A stretch of DNA of 64,000 nucleotides from Candidatus Gottesmanbacteria bacterium. Its GTDB lineage: Bacteria; Patescibacteriota; Microgenomatia; UBA10105. The stretch lies in contig JAHFKJ010000004.1 of the NCBI GenBank assembly GCA_023245415.1, positions 2,798-66,797 on the forward strand, written 5' to 3'. Within the stretch, counting starts at the first letter, position 1. Every line of letters begins with the position of its first letter. Positions 20,686 to 31,285 of the stretch are shown piece by piece. The notes under the pieces were generated by a model, which was not told the origin of the DNA, ran no database searches, and saw only the letters and a program-made list of their open reading frames with translations. Both the position numbers and the translations under genes were made by a program.

Positions 20686-21153
20686 TTACATCACTCCCAG
20701 CACTAAAAAATAAATTCCCACCGTTGAGAGCAAAAGTGAAAAAATCCAAACAAATTTCCTTTTTACCAGCACCCCCATAGCTGAAATGGCAATCGCAATC
20801 TCAAAAAACGTCCCGGCAGTAGTCAACTCAGTATTTCGTGCAAAATAAGCAGTTGCCTTGGCCGTCGAGTCATCTGCCTGTTTTTCCAACCCTTTGACTT
20901 GCTGCTGGAGTTTCTGCTGATCTGATTGATTATTAGCAAGTTTAAGTATTCGATTGGCAATATCATTGGCTAGATAAGAGTTCCATTCTTTATTAGCCTT
21001 GGCTTGGTAATAATTGGAATTGTTCTTCTCTAGTAACAATGAGCTAGCGGCTGAACCCGCCCGCAGAGACGTAACGGCTGCCAAAACTGCAATCACCGCC
21101 GTAGTAGCAGCAATATAATCACGCCAATCAAATGTCTTTTCATTTCTTGCCAT
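20686..21153 (-). CDS. DUF4337-like membrane protein
   Basis: 155 aa; N-terminal TM, central coiled coil, C-terminal two TM segments, matching DUF4337 architecture. Confidence 0.5.
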   Translation of the reverse strand: MARNEKTFDWRDYIAATTAVIAVLAAVTSLRAGSAASSLLLEKNNSNYYQAKANKEWNSYLANDIANRILKLANNQSDQQKLQQQVKGLEKQADDSTAKATAYFARNTELTTAGTFFEIAIAISAMGVLVKRKFVWIFSLLLSTVGIYFLVLGVM

Positions 21154-21224
21154 AGTTCCAGTATGAATCTTTTTTTCATTACTTACAATGGTTTTGCGAA
21201 TAAAAAAAGACTACACTAAATACT

Positions 21225-23324
21225 ATGAAGCATTTTCGTACCCTTTTCACCATAATTTTTGTCCTAACTTTAATCGTTAGTTCTGTTTTCGCTCAAGTTC
21301 CTACTATTACTTTTTCCCTTGAAACGCAGCAGGCAGTTAAAACCTTGGCTCAGGACATATTGACTAACGGTCTCAATCCTCAGATTTCGGATATAAAAGC
21401 TCAACTTGATCCGCAAGATTACGCCACAGTGAAAACGATCGGCATGTTGCCAGACCATCCTTTTTACTTTTTGAAGGACTGGGGACGCAACTTACGAATC
21501 TTTTTTACCTTTGATCAGATTGGTAAAACACACTTACAACTAAAAAAAGGCAATCAAAAAACTTTAGAAGCTTTGTTACTGCTCGAAAAAGCTATTGCCG
21601 AAAAAGACACTAAAAAACATGACCGACTTATTGCACTCGCCAACTCCACTCTGGAAAACGTGGGGAATGAGTTTGATCAAGTACAACAAACTATCGCTCG
21701 ACTCAAAAGAGACAAATCATCTGACAGGGCCACGGTTCAGGATGACGCCTTCCGTTTTGCCAGTCAGTACTTAAAACATCAAGTCCTACTACAACAACAA
21801 GAAGACCGACTCAACAATGCCGACTTTTTAACCATTGAATCAACTCGTGTTCAACACTTAGGTAGTCTGGCGGATATTGTCGTAGCCAGTAATCGTACTC
21901 CTGAAGTATTTAGTGAACAACTGGTCGAAGTCCTTTCTTCTCAAGTCGGTAGCAACTACAGTCGGTTAAGTTTAATGGCGATTTTGCGAGACCTAGAAAA
22001 CAATGCTAGTGAAACAAACCATAAGTCATTGGAAATTGCCCAATCGCTCCTGCACAAAGAATTCGAAGTTAAACTGAGCAAATTATCCAAAGCTGAACGT
22101 TTAAAACTTATTAGACGGTATGCCAGCTTTATTCACGGCAATCCGATTCGTAAGTTTCAAGCCTACAACTTAATTTCCAAAAGCTTTACGTCGAAAGAGA
22201 TGCAACTCCTTACAGCCAACTTTAAAGACAAAGCTGCCCAAAGTTTTAAAACTCATTTGACTGCTTTAGATACTGAAGTCAGTCAGAAACAATTTGTGCA
22301 AACCTTATTCAGCAGTGATCCCATCGATATTCGGCTCCTGGCCTATACCGAAATTCGACTCCAGAAACCGAAGGTGTTAGGAATAAAAACTCAATTAGCA
22401 CAGGTAAATCTGGTTGCTCCCAAATCACCTACAGAAAACCCCTCGGTGGAACTGCAACATCTCCAAGCTCTCAAAACTATTCTGGACAATCAGTTGTGTC
22501 AAAACTATGGCCAAAATCCAGAAAGTCTAAAAGTTACCCGTTTCTTCACCCAAGCAACTACTCAACCAGATATTCTCGATATCCGAGTCGCTCAATTTGT
22601 GAACCAATCTATAAAAGCTTGCGATTCTAAAACACCGGAAACCAATGCAATAACGACAGAGCTCACAAATCAAATAGAGCAACGCTATATCGATCAAGCC
22701 AAACAAACTAAATTCACTAAACTACCAACAAAAACCAAAGCCAAGGAAATTTTACAAGAAGAACAAATTGAGACAAGCCCTCAAGACGAACAAAAAGTTG
22801 CCGAACAAGTGAGTGAAGAAATTACTCAAATTGAAAAAGAGTTTTCCACCAATCTCACCGTTATCAAGGAAAAAATCACATCCGTTGAAAAAGTTAATGA
22901 TACTGTAACCGACGTCGTCTCCGACGAACAAACTATTATTGAAGAAATTATCCAATCAGACGATCCCACCGATGAAGAGATTGCCGAAAAAGAAGAACAG
23001 ATTATCGAGGAAATTGTGGCCTCTGCCCAAACCGGCACCACCACTCCTCTGACAGAAGAATTGCCCCAAGAAATTCAAAAAGAAATTATTCAGAAAACCG
23101 CCCCGTTTCTCAACCCCAACCCAACGACTACCACCACAATTGTATCCCCGAGGCCGGCAGTCACCGCCGTGCCAATTGCCAGTCCAGCAATAGAACCCTC
23201 ACCAACTTCCACCGTCATTGAACAAGTTATTGAGACTGCAAAACCTGCTATCGAAACAGCAACTAGTCCAGCGCCAGTCGCGCCAGAACCAACTCTCGAA
23301 CCAGCTACAGCTCCTGGCTTATAA
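21225..23324 (+). CDS. secreted DUF5667-domain protein with Pro/Thr-rich C-terminal tail
   Basis: Signal peptide; LPDHPFYFLKDWGRNLRIFFTFD matches the DUF5667 N-terminal motif; acidic coiled-coil middle, PTTTTT...P-rich end. Confidence 0.6.
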   Translation: MKHFRTLFTIIFVLTLIVSSVFAQVPTITFSLETQQAVKTLAQDILTNGLNPQISDIKAQLDPQDYATVKTIGMLPDHPFYFLKDWGRNLRIFFTFDQIGKTHLQLKKGNQKTLEALLLLEKAIAEKDTKKHDRLIALANSTLENVGNEFDQVQQTIARLKRDKSSDRATVQDDAFRFASQYLKHQVLLQQQEDRLNNADFLTIESTRVQHLGSLADIVVASNRTPEVFSEQLVEVLSSQVGSNYSRLSLMAILRDLENNASETNHKSLEIAQSLLHKEFEVKLSKLSKAERLKLIRRYASFIHGNPIRKFQAYNLISKSFTSKEMQLLTANFKDKAAQSFKTHLTALDTEVSQKQFVQTLFSSDPIDIRLLAYTEIRLQKPKVLGIKTQLAQVNLVAPKSPTENPSVELQHLQALKTILDNQLCQNYGQNPESLKVTRFFTQATTQPDILDIRVAQFVNQSIKACDSKTPETNAITTELTNQIEQRYIDQAKQTKFTKLPTKTKAKEILQEEQIETSPQDEQKVAEQVSEEITQIEKEFSTNLTVIKEKITSVEKVNDTVTDVVSDEQTIIEEIIQSDDPTDEEIAEKEEQIIEEIVASAQTGTTTPLTEELPQEIQKEIIQKTAPFLNPNPTTTTTIVSPRPAVTAVPIASPAIEPSPTSTVIEQVIETAKPAIETATSPAPVAPEPTLEPATAPGL

Positions 23325-23334
23325 ACAAGAGATT

Positions 23335-23805
23335 ATGAAAAACTGGAAAAACTTAATCGTTTCAGTTCTCCTGTGTGAGTTAGTTGGTATTCTTGGCACT
23401 CCATTTACGCTCTCCGCCATTCCCACCTGGTACGCAACTCTTAATAAACCTTTCTTCGCTCCACCCAACCGGATCTTTGGACCAGCCTGGACACTTTTAT
23501 ACTTTCTGATGGGCGTTTCGTTTTATCTGATTTGGAAACAGGGATGGCGCAAGAAAAAAATAAAAACCGCAGGAATATTTTTTCTGGTTCAACTTGTTCT
23601 CAATTTTTTGTGGTCACCCATTTTTTTTGGACTCAGAGCACCATTACTTGGATTGATCACCATTGTAGCGATGTGGATAATGATTGTGATCACAATGAAG
23701 GAATTTTATCCGTTATCAAAGTTAGCATTTTATCTTTTGGTACCGTATTTAGTGTGGGTAAGTTTTGCTACGGTTTTGAATGCGGCGATTGTGATTTTGA
23801 ATTAA
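23335..23805 (+). CDS. tspO: TspO/MBR-family tryptophan-rich sensory protein
   Basis: TWYATLNKPFFAPPNRIFGPAWTLLYFLMGVSFYL is the TspO signature; 5 TM; start MKNWKNL at 23335 (table ORF starts earlier inside the upstream gene). Confidence 0.85.
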   Translation: MKNWKNLIVSVLLCELVGILGTPFTLSAIPTWYATLNKPFFAPPNRIFGPAWTLLYFLMGVSFYLIWKQGWRKKKIKTAGIFFLVQLVLNFLWSPIFFGLRAPLLGLITIVAMWIMIVITMKEFYPLSKLAFYLLVPYLVWVSFATVLNAAIVILN

Positions 23806-23818
23806 GACTTAAACTACC

Positions 23819-24940
23819 CTATTGCCCAAATTTAATAAACCGATTCAGATTGGAGCCTAAATTCCAATGCGTAGCTAGATAGCTACCCGGTTCAGGCTTG
23901 GGATTAAAATAGTCATCGTTATTACAATCAAAGTGGAAGGGGAAAAGTCCTGGACACAAATTACCAAACACTTCCCCTGGGCCATCTGACTTACACATGA
24001 TATCTGTGCCTCCTTTACCAATAGTTTGAGAATCAATGCAATGCTTTTGTCCATCTGTTCTTTCTTTTTTTGTGGCATGAGGAGCGCTGGGTTGGACAGC
24101 TCCCAAAGTGTGGGCATATTCGTGAAGGATGAGAATTGGGCCCATCATGTCATAACCAATTCCAAAATATTGGCGCATCACCTCCTCATCAACTTTATAA
24201 GAAAAGGCATAATCTGGTCCAGAGTTATAGACATTATCAATTGTCAGCCGATCGTCAGGGCCTTTTAAACTATTTTGAGCAATACATGGGGCAACCGCAC
24301 CGTTTTGACTGCAACCTGAAGCTTTACCATCGTAATGAACCACATATTTTACAGTCTTTTTATTATGTCCCAGCACACCAAGATCTCGGATTAAAACACC
24401 TCGTGTATCTGAAGCGTTAAAATAGTAATCGCTAGTATTTGGCAGGACTGCTTCAATTACCGAAATTTCTCCTTGATCACATAAAACTTTGAAATCTGCA
24501 GATACATTAAACTTTTTCGCTTCCGCGCTAACTATGCCATCGGCACTTTTAAACCATGACCTAAGTTTTGGTGCCATCTCTGGATACCTACTGGTGGTAT
24601 TTTTGGCCCGGATATAGATAATTTCTGTATGATAATCAGAAGCGTCTACACAAACAGGTTGGCCAGAGCCATAAAATGAAGACCTGTCGCCACTTCCGGG
24701 AAATTTGGGAATTTGCAGACTTTTAGCAGTCTGTTTTGTTATTGCGTCTTGGGTTTTTTGGTAGATGATGCGTGCACTAATAACTATGGCGATAACTACG
24801 TTGATCGCCACTGTAATCACTAGCGTAGTAATAATGATTTTTTTAAGATTATTTTTCTTCACTAGTATTAGTGTATCATAAATAAAACTATACGGATGAG
24901 TACTTCTGGCTCTGCTTAGTGGATGATATTCGAAATTCAC
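23819..24940 (-). CDS. membrane-anchored zinc metalloprotease (HExxH)
   Basis: 373 aa; N-terminal TM; HEYAHTLG zinc-binding motif followed by a Cys-rich C-terminus. Confidence 0.6.
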   Translation of the reverse strand: MNFEYHPLSRARSTHPYSFIYDTLILVKKNNLKKIIITTLVITVAINVVIAIVISARIIYQKTQDAITKQTAKSLQIPKFPGSGDRSSFYGSGQPVCVDASDYHTEIIYIRAKNTTSRYPEMAPKLRSWFKSADGIVSAEAKKFNVSADFKVLCDQGEISVIEAVLPNTSDYYFNASDTRGVLIRDLGVLGHNKKTVKYVVHYDGKASGCSQNGAVAPCIAQNSLKGPDDRLTIDNVYNSGPDYAFSYKVDEEVMRQYFGIGYDMMGPILILHEYAHTLGAVQPSAPHATKKERTDGQKHCIDSQTIGKGGTDIMCKSDGPGEVFGNLCPGLFPFHFDCNNDDYFNPKPEPGSYLATHWNLGSNLNRFIKFGQ

Positions 24941-25155
24941 TCAATACCAAAACGCAAACCAGAATACAGACCCGACTAGAAATAGCCAAGGCGACGCTAA
25001 TAAAAAATAGTAAACTGGGCTTGCTTCATTCACAGTTCTATTCACACTCCAGTATTGTTGTCCTTACCATATCAGGTGATGAGGCTAATATTACATTTAC
25101 AACTAAAGGTGATATATTTTTACTCAGGTAATTTATAACTTTATTACAACCCAAA

Positions 25156-25572
25156 CTATGAATACATCCGTTTACTATGAAATGAATTTTCCACAAGCGT
25201 TGCCAATATTTTTTGGTCCACATCGGAAAGTTTATTAATATACAAACATCCACCGCCTTCTTTGTGTTTGCCAAGTTTAGTAAGTATGTCTTTATTTTTT
25301 TCATTGCCGTGCATAATATAAAGGGTTAAATTTTGTTTTCTGGGCGAAAATCCAACTAATTGCCAATCTCCTTCTTGTCTACTTCTTTCCGATTTGTAGT
25401 GATATTTTCCAAACCCTACAATGCTTGATCCCCACATAACAGGTTTTTCTCTGGTGATTTTTGTAAACATTTCAAGAAGGACAAGACTATCTACTCTTTT
25501 TTGTTCTGGCTCAATCGTATTTAAAAAATCTTTGGGATCCTGATCTGTTGGTTTTGTTTTTGGTTCTGCCAT
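25156..25572 (-). CDS. DUF1801-like protein
   Basis: 138 aa; VMWGSSIVGFGKYHYKSERSRQEGDWQLVGFSPRKQNLTLYIMHG pattern. Paralogous N-terminus at 17100-17290. Confidence 0.5.
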   Translation of the reverse strand: MAEPKTKPTDQDPKDFLNTIEPEQKRVDSLVLLEMFTKITREKPVMWGSSIVGFGKYHYKSERSRQEGDWQLVGFSPRKQNLTLYIMHGNEKNKDILTKLGKHKEGGGCLYINKLSDVDQKILATLVENSFHSKRMYS

Positions 25573-25754
25573 AAAGCAATTATATCAACGGCTCAATTGT
25601 AGTAAAAATTGGACACCTCAGAAACTTTTGTTTTTACTTTTGAATAATGGATATAAAAATAATTTTAGAAAATTTACACGAAAGCTCAAAACTTAATAAA
25701 AATTATTCTTCAATATAATTTTGATTACAAGTCTAAAGTGATCTTATCTTAACT

Positions 25755-26426
25755 TCAGTATGATCCTATTTTGAAGGGTTCAGACGGTTCGTAAGTTGCA
25801 ATTATTACTCCGGTTGAGGTGATTTTTGTGTCAACCGGTTTAAAGCGCTGGGGACGAGTACCTTCCGCGAATAATTTTTTGCCGATGCCCAACGTCACAG
25901 GAAATGTCCAGATGTACATTCGATCTATTAAGTGGTGCCTAAGGAGCGTTTGTATAAGATTGCCGCTACCCCATACCCACAAGTCGGGACCTCCGCCAGC
26001 TGGCGGATTAATTTTCAGCTTTTTTATTTCCGAAACTACATCTCCGCCTGTCCTGAGCGACCCGCCCTGAGTCTTGTCGAAGGGAGTCGAAGGAGTGATA
26101 AGTATGGAATTGTTCCAAGAAAGTTTAAAAGGTTTATGTGAAACAACATACTTCTTCGTGCTATTCCACGGCTTAGCTATACGAGGTTCTTGTTTATCAG
26201 TTGGCCAATAACTCGCAAAAATTTCGTAGGTGCGTTTTCCCAAGAGTAGTTCAAAAGGAATAGCCATGAAGTCATCCAAAATCTTGTCCGCCACTTCGTC
26301 CCCGTAGTTCCCGCCTAACTGCCAACCTCCGTACTTAAATCCGTTTGAAGTATCTTCCTCCGGTCCTCCCGGAGCCTGCATAACCCCGTCAAGGGTAACA
26401 AATGTTGTTGTTATAATTTTTCTCAT
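25755..26426 (-). CDS. dihydrofolate reductase family protein (RibD C-terminal-like), paralog A
   Basis: MRKIITTTFVTLDGVMQAPGGPEEDTSNGFKYGGWQ... is the typical RibD_C/YwjB-type DHFR-like N-terminus; ~85% aa identity to 35093-35710. Confidence 0.8.
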   Translation of the reverse strand: MRKIITTTFVTLDGVMQAPGGPEEDTSNGFKYGGWQLGGNYGDEVADKILDDFMAIPFELLLGKRTYEIFASYWPTDKQEPRIAKPWNSTKKYVVSHKPFKLSWNNSILITPSTPFDKTQGGSLRTGGDVVSEIKKLKINPPAGGGPDLWVWGSGNLIQTLLRHHLIDRMYIWTFPVTLGIGKKLFAEGTRPQRFKPVDTKITSTGVIIATYEPSEPFKIGSY

Positions 26427-26487
26427 ATCAAAATATCTAACATTTAATGGCTCCACCTGATGGAAAATACCAGAACTTATTTCCTAA

Positions 26488-27045
26488 CTACTTAACCAAC
26501 CGAAAAGTCATGCTCGTTCTAACACGGGTAATTTCTTCAGTTTTAGTTCTTTCAAGCTTTATCTTATCTGTGTCTATATTTTCAAATAGTTTTAGTCCTT
26601 TTCCAAGAAGAACAGGCATAATATCTATCTGTAATTCATCACATAACCCCGCATTAAGGCATTGCTGAATCGTGCTTGCACCTATCACCTGAATATCTTT
26701 GTCACTTGCTGCTTTCTTTGCCTGAGAAATAGCACTCTCAATACCATCAGTTACAAATGTAAATGTTAGTTTGTCATTTCCTTTGGGATACTTTGCTGGA
26801 GGTGTATGTGTCAAGACAAAAATGGGAGCTTGAAATTCATAAGTCTCGTTAGCCCACGAAAATGGGTCTGCCATCTCATACACATATCTCCCCATAATAA
26901 CAGCTCTTGTGTTTTTAATCATTTCCTGAAAAGTTGGAGCATCATGGAGTTCACTAAAATCTGAATACAGCTTTTCTACGCTTCCTGCTGAATCGTTAAT
27001 GTATCCGTCCAAAGACATACTCATTCCAGCAATTATTTTCCCCAT
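26488..27045 (-). CDS. dihydrofolate reductase family protein (RibD C-terminal-like), paralog B
   Basis: MGKIIAGMSMSLDGYINDS...; ~93% identical to 36776-37336; start at Met 27045. Confidence 0.8.
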   Translation of the reverse strand: MGKIIAGMSMSLDGYINDSAGSVEKLYSDFSELHDAPTFQEMIKNTRAVIMGRYVYEMADPFSWANETYEFQAPIFVLTHTPPAKYPKGNDKLTFTFVTDGIESAISQAKKAASDKDIQVIGASTIQQCLNAGLCDELQIDIMPVLLGKGLKLFENIDTDKIKLERTKTEEITRVRTSMTFRLVK

Positions 27046-27079
27046 GATGAAATTATAACAGAAGGCTCGAACAGTCCAA

Positions 27080-27310
27080 TTACTTATCAAAAACTATTTT
27101 TCCGTTTTTACATATAACTTGTATCCCTGAATTTGTTTGAAAACGTTCCTTGTTTTTCAACTCGATGAACCCTTTACCATCATCATAAAGGCACCCATTA
27201 CCTATTAACCAGTTATTCCCTAAAAAAACCAATACAAGAAATGCTACAAAGAATAATACAAGTAATGTACTTAGTATTAGAAGTACATGTTTTCGATTTT
27301 TTTTCACCAC
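27080..27310 (-). CDS. small hypothetical membrane protein
   Basis: 76 aa, one TM; the gene sits between ~30-bp direct repeats (27050-27085 and 27311-27342) that occur only once upstream of the paralogous locus at 37321. Confidence 0.4.
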   Translation of the reverse strand: MVKKNRKHVLLILSTLLVLFFVAFLVLVFLGNNWLIGNGCLYDDGKGFIELKNKERFQTNSGIQVICKNGKIVFDK

Positions 27311-27738
27311 CTAATTATAGCAGAGGTTCGAACAGTCCAACAAAGGGTATAAAAAAAATGAGGCTAATTTTATTGGCTCGAAAAATAGACCGCTTCCCGA
27401 GAAACAGACTGGATTACGGAATAAGAATTTCCTGAATTTACAATGAAGTAAGCACAAGTTAAAGTTAAGACAATTTACTTTTGAACAAATTAGTTACCAA
27501 AGAAACTTCGAAAATATCAGGCATTTAATTTTAAATAGAAAGAATGTGTTAAATCGGTAGGTGTCTAGCTATTTCACCCGGGGGGTGGGATTACACCAGT
27601 GTCAATATTCCTAGACATCTCCTAAATGTCAATGGGTGAAAATCACTATATCGCTTTAGATTTTATAAAAAGTCAAGATTAAAGTCTCAAACACTCGCAC
27701 TCATCCTAGAACTCATAATTACTATATAATAAGTTTAT

Positions 27739-27996
27739 ATGTCAACAACTGATGACACATTTTCAATTGGGACTAAAGTTAAAATTCTCAGTGATCCAGA
27801 GTCTGGACCTGGTCCATGGCCAGCTCAGCCTACGGGAACTATCATTTCCGACGCAGAAATAGTAGATGGAAGAAATGGACCTCTAAATACATACTGGGTT
27901 CAATTTGATGAACCTCAATATGATACCGACAGAAGTGGTCCTTATTCAAAATCTCAAGTATTAGAAAAGTATCTTATGGTCCAGGGACGGTCCTAA
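27739..27996 (+). CDS. hypothetical protein; C-terminus (QGRS*) encoded by repeat copy A
   Basis: 85 aa ORF; last 4 codons lie inside the 55-bp repeat. Confidence 0.4.
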   Translation: MSTTDDTFSIGTKVKILSDPESGPGPWPAQPTGTIISDAEIVDGRNGPLNTYWVQFDEPQYDTDRSGPYSKSQVLEKYLMVQGRS

Positions 27997-28039
27997 AACT
28001 AACCGTCACAACAATCTAAAAATAGCATAGTTTTATTGG
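27984..28039 (+). repeat. 55-bp island repeat, copy A (gggacggtcctaaaactaaccgtcacaacaatctaaaaatagcatagttttattgg)
   Basis: Direct sequence match to copies B-E; core GGACGGTCC palindrome plus GACGGT/ACCGTC inverted arms. Confidence 0.9.
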
Positions 28040-28112
28040 ATCCCCCGGACGGTTGCTACTCGGACTTTAAGGGAATACCTGTTTACTTGGCAAGCCACTG
28101 TATAATACCTTC

Positions 28113-28865
28113 ATGTGTGGATTTTACGCCAGAGCAGAACTTACTCCTACTGACTTTCAAAAACTCTATGGAGTGGACGATATTGATGATGCGCTACTTT
28201 CTCCGCGGTACAATATCCGACCCGGAACAGTAAATGTCGTGGTCACCCGCAACTCACCGAATAAGGCACAAGGGATGCTCTGGTCTTATTTACCCGATTG
28301 GCCAGGATTTCCGGAAAGCAGAGCAGTTATTAACGCACGAATTGAAAGTATAAAGGAAGGCAAGTCTTTCTTTAAAAAAGCGTTTCTATCACAAAGGTGT
28401 ATTGTCCCTGCGTCTCAATGGGTGGAGTGGGCACCAGTGTCAGGAATCAAAATACCTCATGCATTTAAATTGAAGGGTAGGGATAATTTTTCTTTTGCTG
28501 GGCTGTGGAGTGAATATACCAATCGGAATGGCAAACGAATTAAGGGCTACTGCATTATCACTACCGAACCCAATCCCCTCGCATCCAAAGTTCATAATCG
28601 ACAACCCGCAATTTTAAGAAAAAGTGATGAGAATACATGGCTTGATCCCGATGAAAAAGATATGGTCACTCTTTTGAAATGCCTCGACGTTTACCCGCAA
28701 TCTGACATGGAAGCATACCCAATAGTCAGAGATTTGAGCGAAAATAGTCCAGATATTCTAAAACCTATTACTAAAAATCAGCTCGAAACTCAAATAGCTA
28801 AAAAGCCAAAACTTGCAAAACGATTGAAAACTAAGATACCTTTTGGACAAGTACAATTGGTTTAA
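28113..28865 (+). CDS. SOS-response-associated peptidase (SRAP/YedK/HMCES family)
   Basis: MCG start with catalytic Cys2; RYNIRPGT, AGLWSEY, IITTEPN...HNRQPAIL motifs. Confidence 0.8.
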   Translation: MCGFYARAELTPTDFQKLYGVDDIDDALLSPRYNIRPGTVNVVVTRNSPNKAQGMLWSYLPDWPGFPESRAVINARIESIKEGKSFFKKAFLSQRCIVPASQWVEWAPVSGIKIPHAFKLKGRDNFSFAGLWSEYTNRNGKRIKGYCIITTEPNPLASKVHNRQPAILRKSDENTWLDPDEKDMVTLLKCLDVYPQSDMEAYPIVRDLSENSPDILKPITKNQLETQIAKKPKLAKRLKTKIPFGQVQLV

Positions 28866-29123
28866 TTTTAAAAATCTCTTGACTTGACTCCCCAATATTA
28901 GCGTACTTCGAACGTATTTTACTGAAGGTGAAAAGGATTTACAACCGATTTTTGTTTAGTCGGTCTGTACGCAATGGATGATAGTTCGAACTAATTATAC
29001 ACAATCGTAGTTATATTGCGGGGGTTATGGTTCGATTATCCTCACCATCCTGAGCTTGTCTAAGGATTTACCCTGAACGAAGCTGAACGACACGCCAGTC
29101 CACCTCTGGCGGAAAAATAGATC

Positions 29124-29573
29124 CTAATTTTCTTTTACTTGTACGATACGTTCATAGAAAACTTTCGGTTCAATAATCTGTAACCGCTTAAGTGGAGGAT
29201 GACTTCTGAGAATCAAAAGATCTTTATCCCCGGTAACCAGATAGTCTGCCTTACCACCAAGTGCACAAGTAATTATTTTGGCATCTTTCGGATCACGGAT
29301 TGCTACAGGTGAATGTGGAATAGGTGTAATCATTTTAGCTTTGCGTTTAAATAAATTGAGAAATGCGGCGATTTTTTTGTCGGTAAGGTGGTACTTCGCA
29401 GTTAATTTTGTACGTTTAAGTACCTCTTCAACTTCTATAAATAAACCCTGAGTGCTTATGATTAAAAAGTTGTTTTCCCGCCACAATTCAAGAATTAAAT
29501 AGGGGAATCCACGCTCAAGGATGATACCACTGACGAAAACGTTAGTATCAATCGTTACTCTGAGCTTTGTCAT
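29124..29573 (-). CDS. PIN-domain toxin (VapC-like)
   Basis: 149 aa; TIDTNVFVSG N-terminal acidic PIN motif; overlaps upstream antitoxin gene. Confidence 0.7.
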   Translation of the reverse strand: MTKLRVTIDTNVFVSGIILERGFPYLILELWRENNFLIISTQGLFIEVEEVLKRTKLTAKYHLTDKKIAAFLNLFKRKAKMITPIPHSPVAIRDPKDAKIITCALGGKADYLVTGDKDLLILRSHPPLKRLQIIEPKVFYERIVQVKEN

Positions 29574-29865
29574 ATAACTCTTGTCGAACTTGTTCCGTAA
29601 TCTCAGTTATTTCTTTATACACTTCGTCTGGATTTTTATCTCGGTTTTTCTTGCGGATGGCATCAATCATAGTAAAAGCTGCTTGTTCTTGCTGTAGTTC
29701 GTTGTATTTGTCCAACATCTCCAAACTGATAATCGCCGCTTGTGGAGCATTATTGGTCATCACGACTACTGGCCGTTTGGTCTTTTTGACCCGAGCAAAA
29801 ACTTTTTTATACCCGCGCTGAATTTCGCGGGCAGAAATAGTGGATGGAAAAGTGTATGTCAACAT
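29548..29865 (-). CDS. Phd/YefM-type antitoxin
   Basis: 105 aa; KRPVVVMTNNAPQAAIISLEMLDKYNEL matches Phd/YefM fold pattern; translationally coupled to PIN gene. Confidence 0.6.
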   Translation of the reverse strand: MLTYTFPSTISAREIQRGYKKVFARVKKTKRPVVVMTNNAPQAAIISLEMLDKYNELQQEQAAFTMIDAIRKKNRDKNPDEVYKEITEITEQVRQELYDKAQSND

Positions 29866-30028
29866 ACATACCAGTATAGAAGAATTTTAACTGTATGTCA
29901 AGTTGATGACAAATTTTCTAAAAATGCAGCTGGTTATTTTGAGGGTTATACATAATATACCTGCTGAATATATTTGAGACATTGAGCTTAATAGAATGTA
30001 ACAATAGTACATTGGGGTTTATCCCATA

Positions 30029-30754
30029 TCAGTTGTTAGCCGAGCTTGTAAACTCTAAACCTGATATTCCTCTATACCGTATACGTTCTGGGAGACTGTT
30101 GATTCCTCGCGGATATTTCAGCATAACGCGTTTATACGATGGTGCTAAAATTGTCTCCGATTGTTGTGCAACAGCATGATGGAGAAAATGTGCTTCGGTT
30201 GCCTCAGCCCTTGGGTTAATGTTCGGCTGATCGACAGTCAACCTGCCATTTGCCATGTCCCGTACATGAGAACAAATCCAGGCCATTGTGGCTAGTGCCT
30301 CAATCGGTTTGGTTTGTGCTTTAACAATAAATTCAGGCGGTATGAGTACGTACGCTACTTCTTCCACCTGTTGTTTGCCTTTAGTCGCCGCAAATAAGAC
30401 GTGTGGTTCGTCATGTTTGCTTTGCATTGTGAGAGCTAATTGGGGAGGCATACCTAGCTGAATTGCTGCAGCAATCATATTATCGGTAAGCGCCGTAGCT
30501 ACCCGGAGCTGATTCATTATCCACCAAGCGGTTGTTCCAACTTCCTGCATATACTGATCATGCCCTCTGTTGGCAAAATAAGCTACCCCTGCTGTGAAGA
30601 AATCACTGGTTGCTTGGGCTACCTTTTCCCAAGGAGCATCTCTCACATGTTCTATTGTGTTACCAACCGTATAGTGGGTTTTCACCACTACATTAAATAC
30701 ATCTACAAGACGCTCACTTGAAGGCAAATATGAATTTCCATCTTCAACAGGCAT
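30029..30754 (-). CDS. hypothetical protein (GC-rich, probably foreign)
   Basis: 241 aa ORF; local GC ~50% versus ~36% surroundings. Confidence 0.45.
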   Translation of the reverse strand: MPVEDGNSYLPSSERLVDVFNVVVKTHYTVGNTIEHVRDAPWEKVAQATSDFFTAGVAYFANRGHDQYMQEVGTTAWWIMNQLRVATALTDNMIAAAIQLGMPPQLALTMQSKHDEPHVLFAATKGKQQVEEVAYVLIPPEFIVKAQTKPIEALATMAWICSHVRDMANGRLTVDQPNINPRAEATEAHFLHHAVAQQSETILAPSYKRVMLKYPRGINSLPERIRYRGISGLEFTSSANN

Positions 30755-31285
30755 ATATCAATAGTTGTTAAAACTTATGAATCAGTAGAATGTGGAAGGA
30801 TAACAAAAGTTTCTAGGTTTGTCAATATATAGGTTATTATATAATTAACATTAAACTGTAATTATGAGGCTAATTTAAGGATTAATATGTCGATTAATAT
30901 TTTCTTATAGGTCGTCATTATAGAAGTAACATTCTATCTTAGAACTTACATTCAAACTATTCTGGCTTAAGTAATTTCTGATCGTCGTTATACGGATCGT
31001 TAACACGTGTACTGATCCTTTATGCCTGCATGTTTGATACGTCATAATGCTTTAAGAGTGAAAAAAGTGTGGCAATCTGAGTGATTTCCATTCTGGGATT
31101 GGTATGTGCCTGCACCTCAGTAGATTCTTCCGCTCCCCCGTACAATTGCTACTCTGACATTGAGGGAACATCTGTTTGACTCTCTTAACATGAAAGTATA
31201 TCAGAAGTCTTACTCTAATTTGAAGTAGAAGTGATTTAAATTGTTGCAAATATCTAACTCAGCCTAGTGGAGGATGTTCGGAATT

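Noticed and set aside
23218-23334. Table start of the TspO ORF at 23218, overlapping the DUF5667 gene
   Set aside because: The TspO family begins at the MKNWKNL methionine (23335); upstream residues are the out-of-frame tail of the preceding gene.
27050-27342. GGTTCGAAC motifs (27060, 27321, 37343) as tRNA T-arms
   Set aside because: No complementary T-stem, acceptor or D-arm can be drawn; they are palindromic intergenic motifs upstream of the DHFR-like genes.
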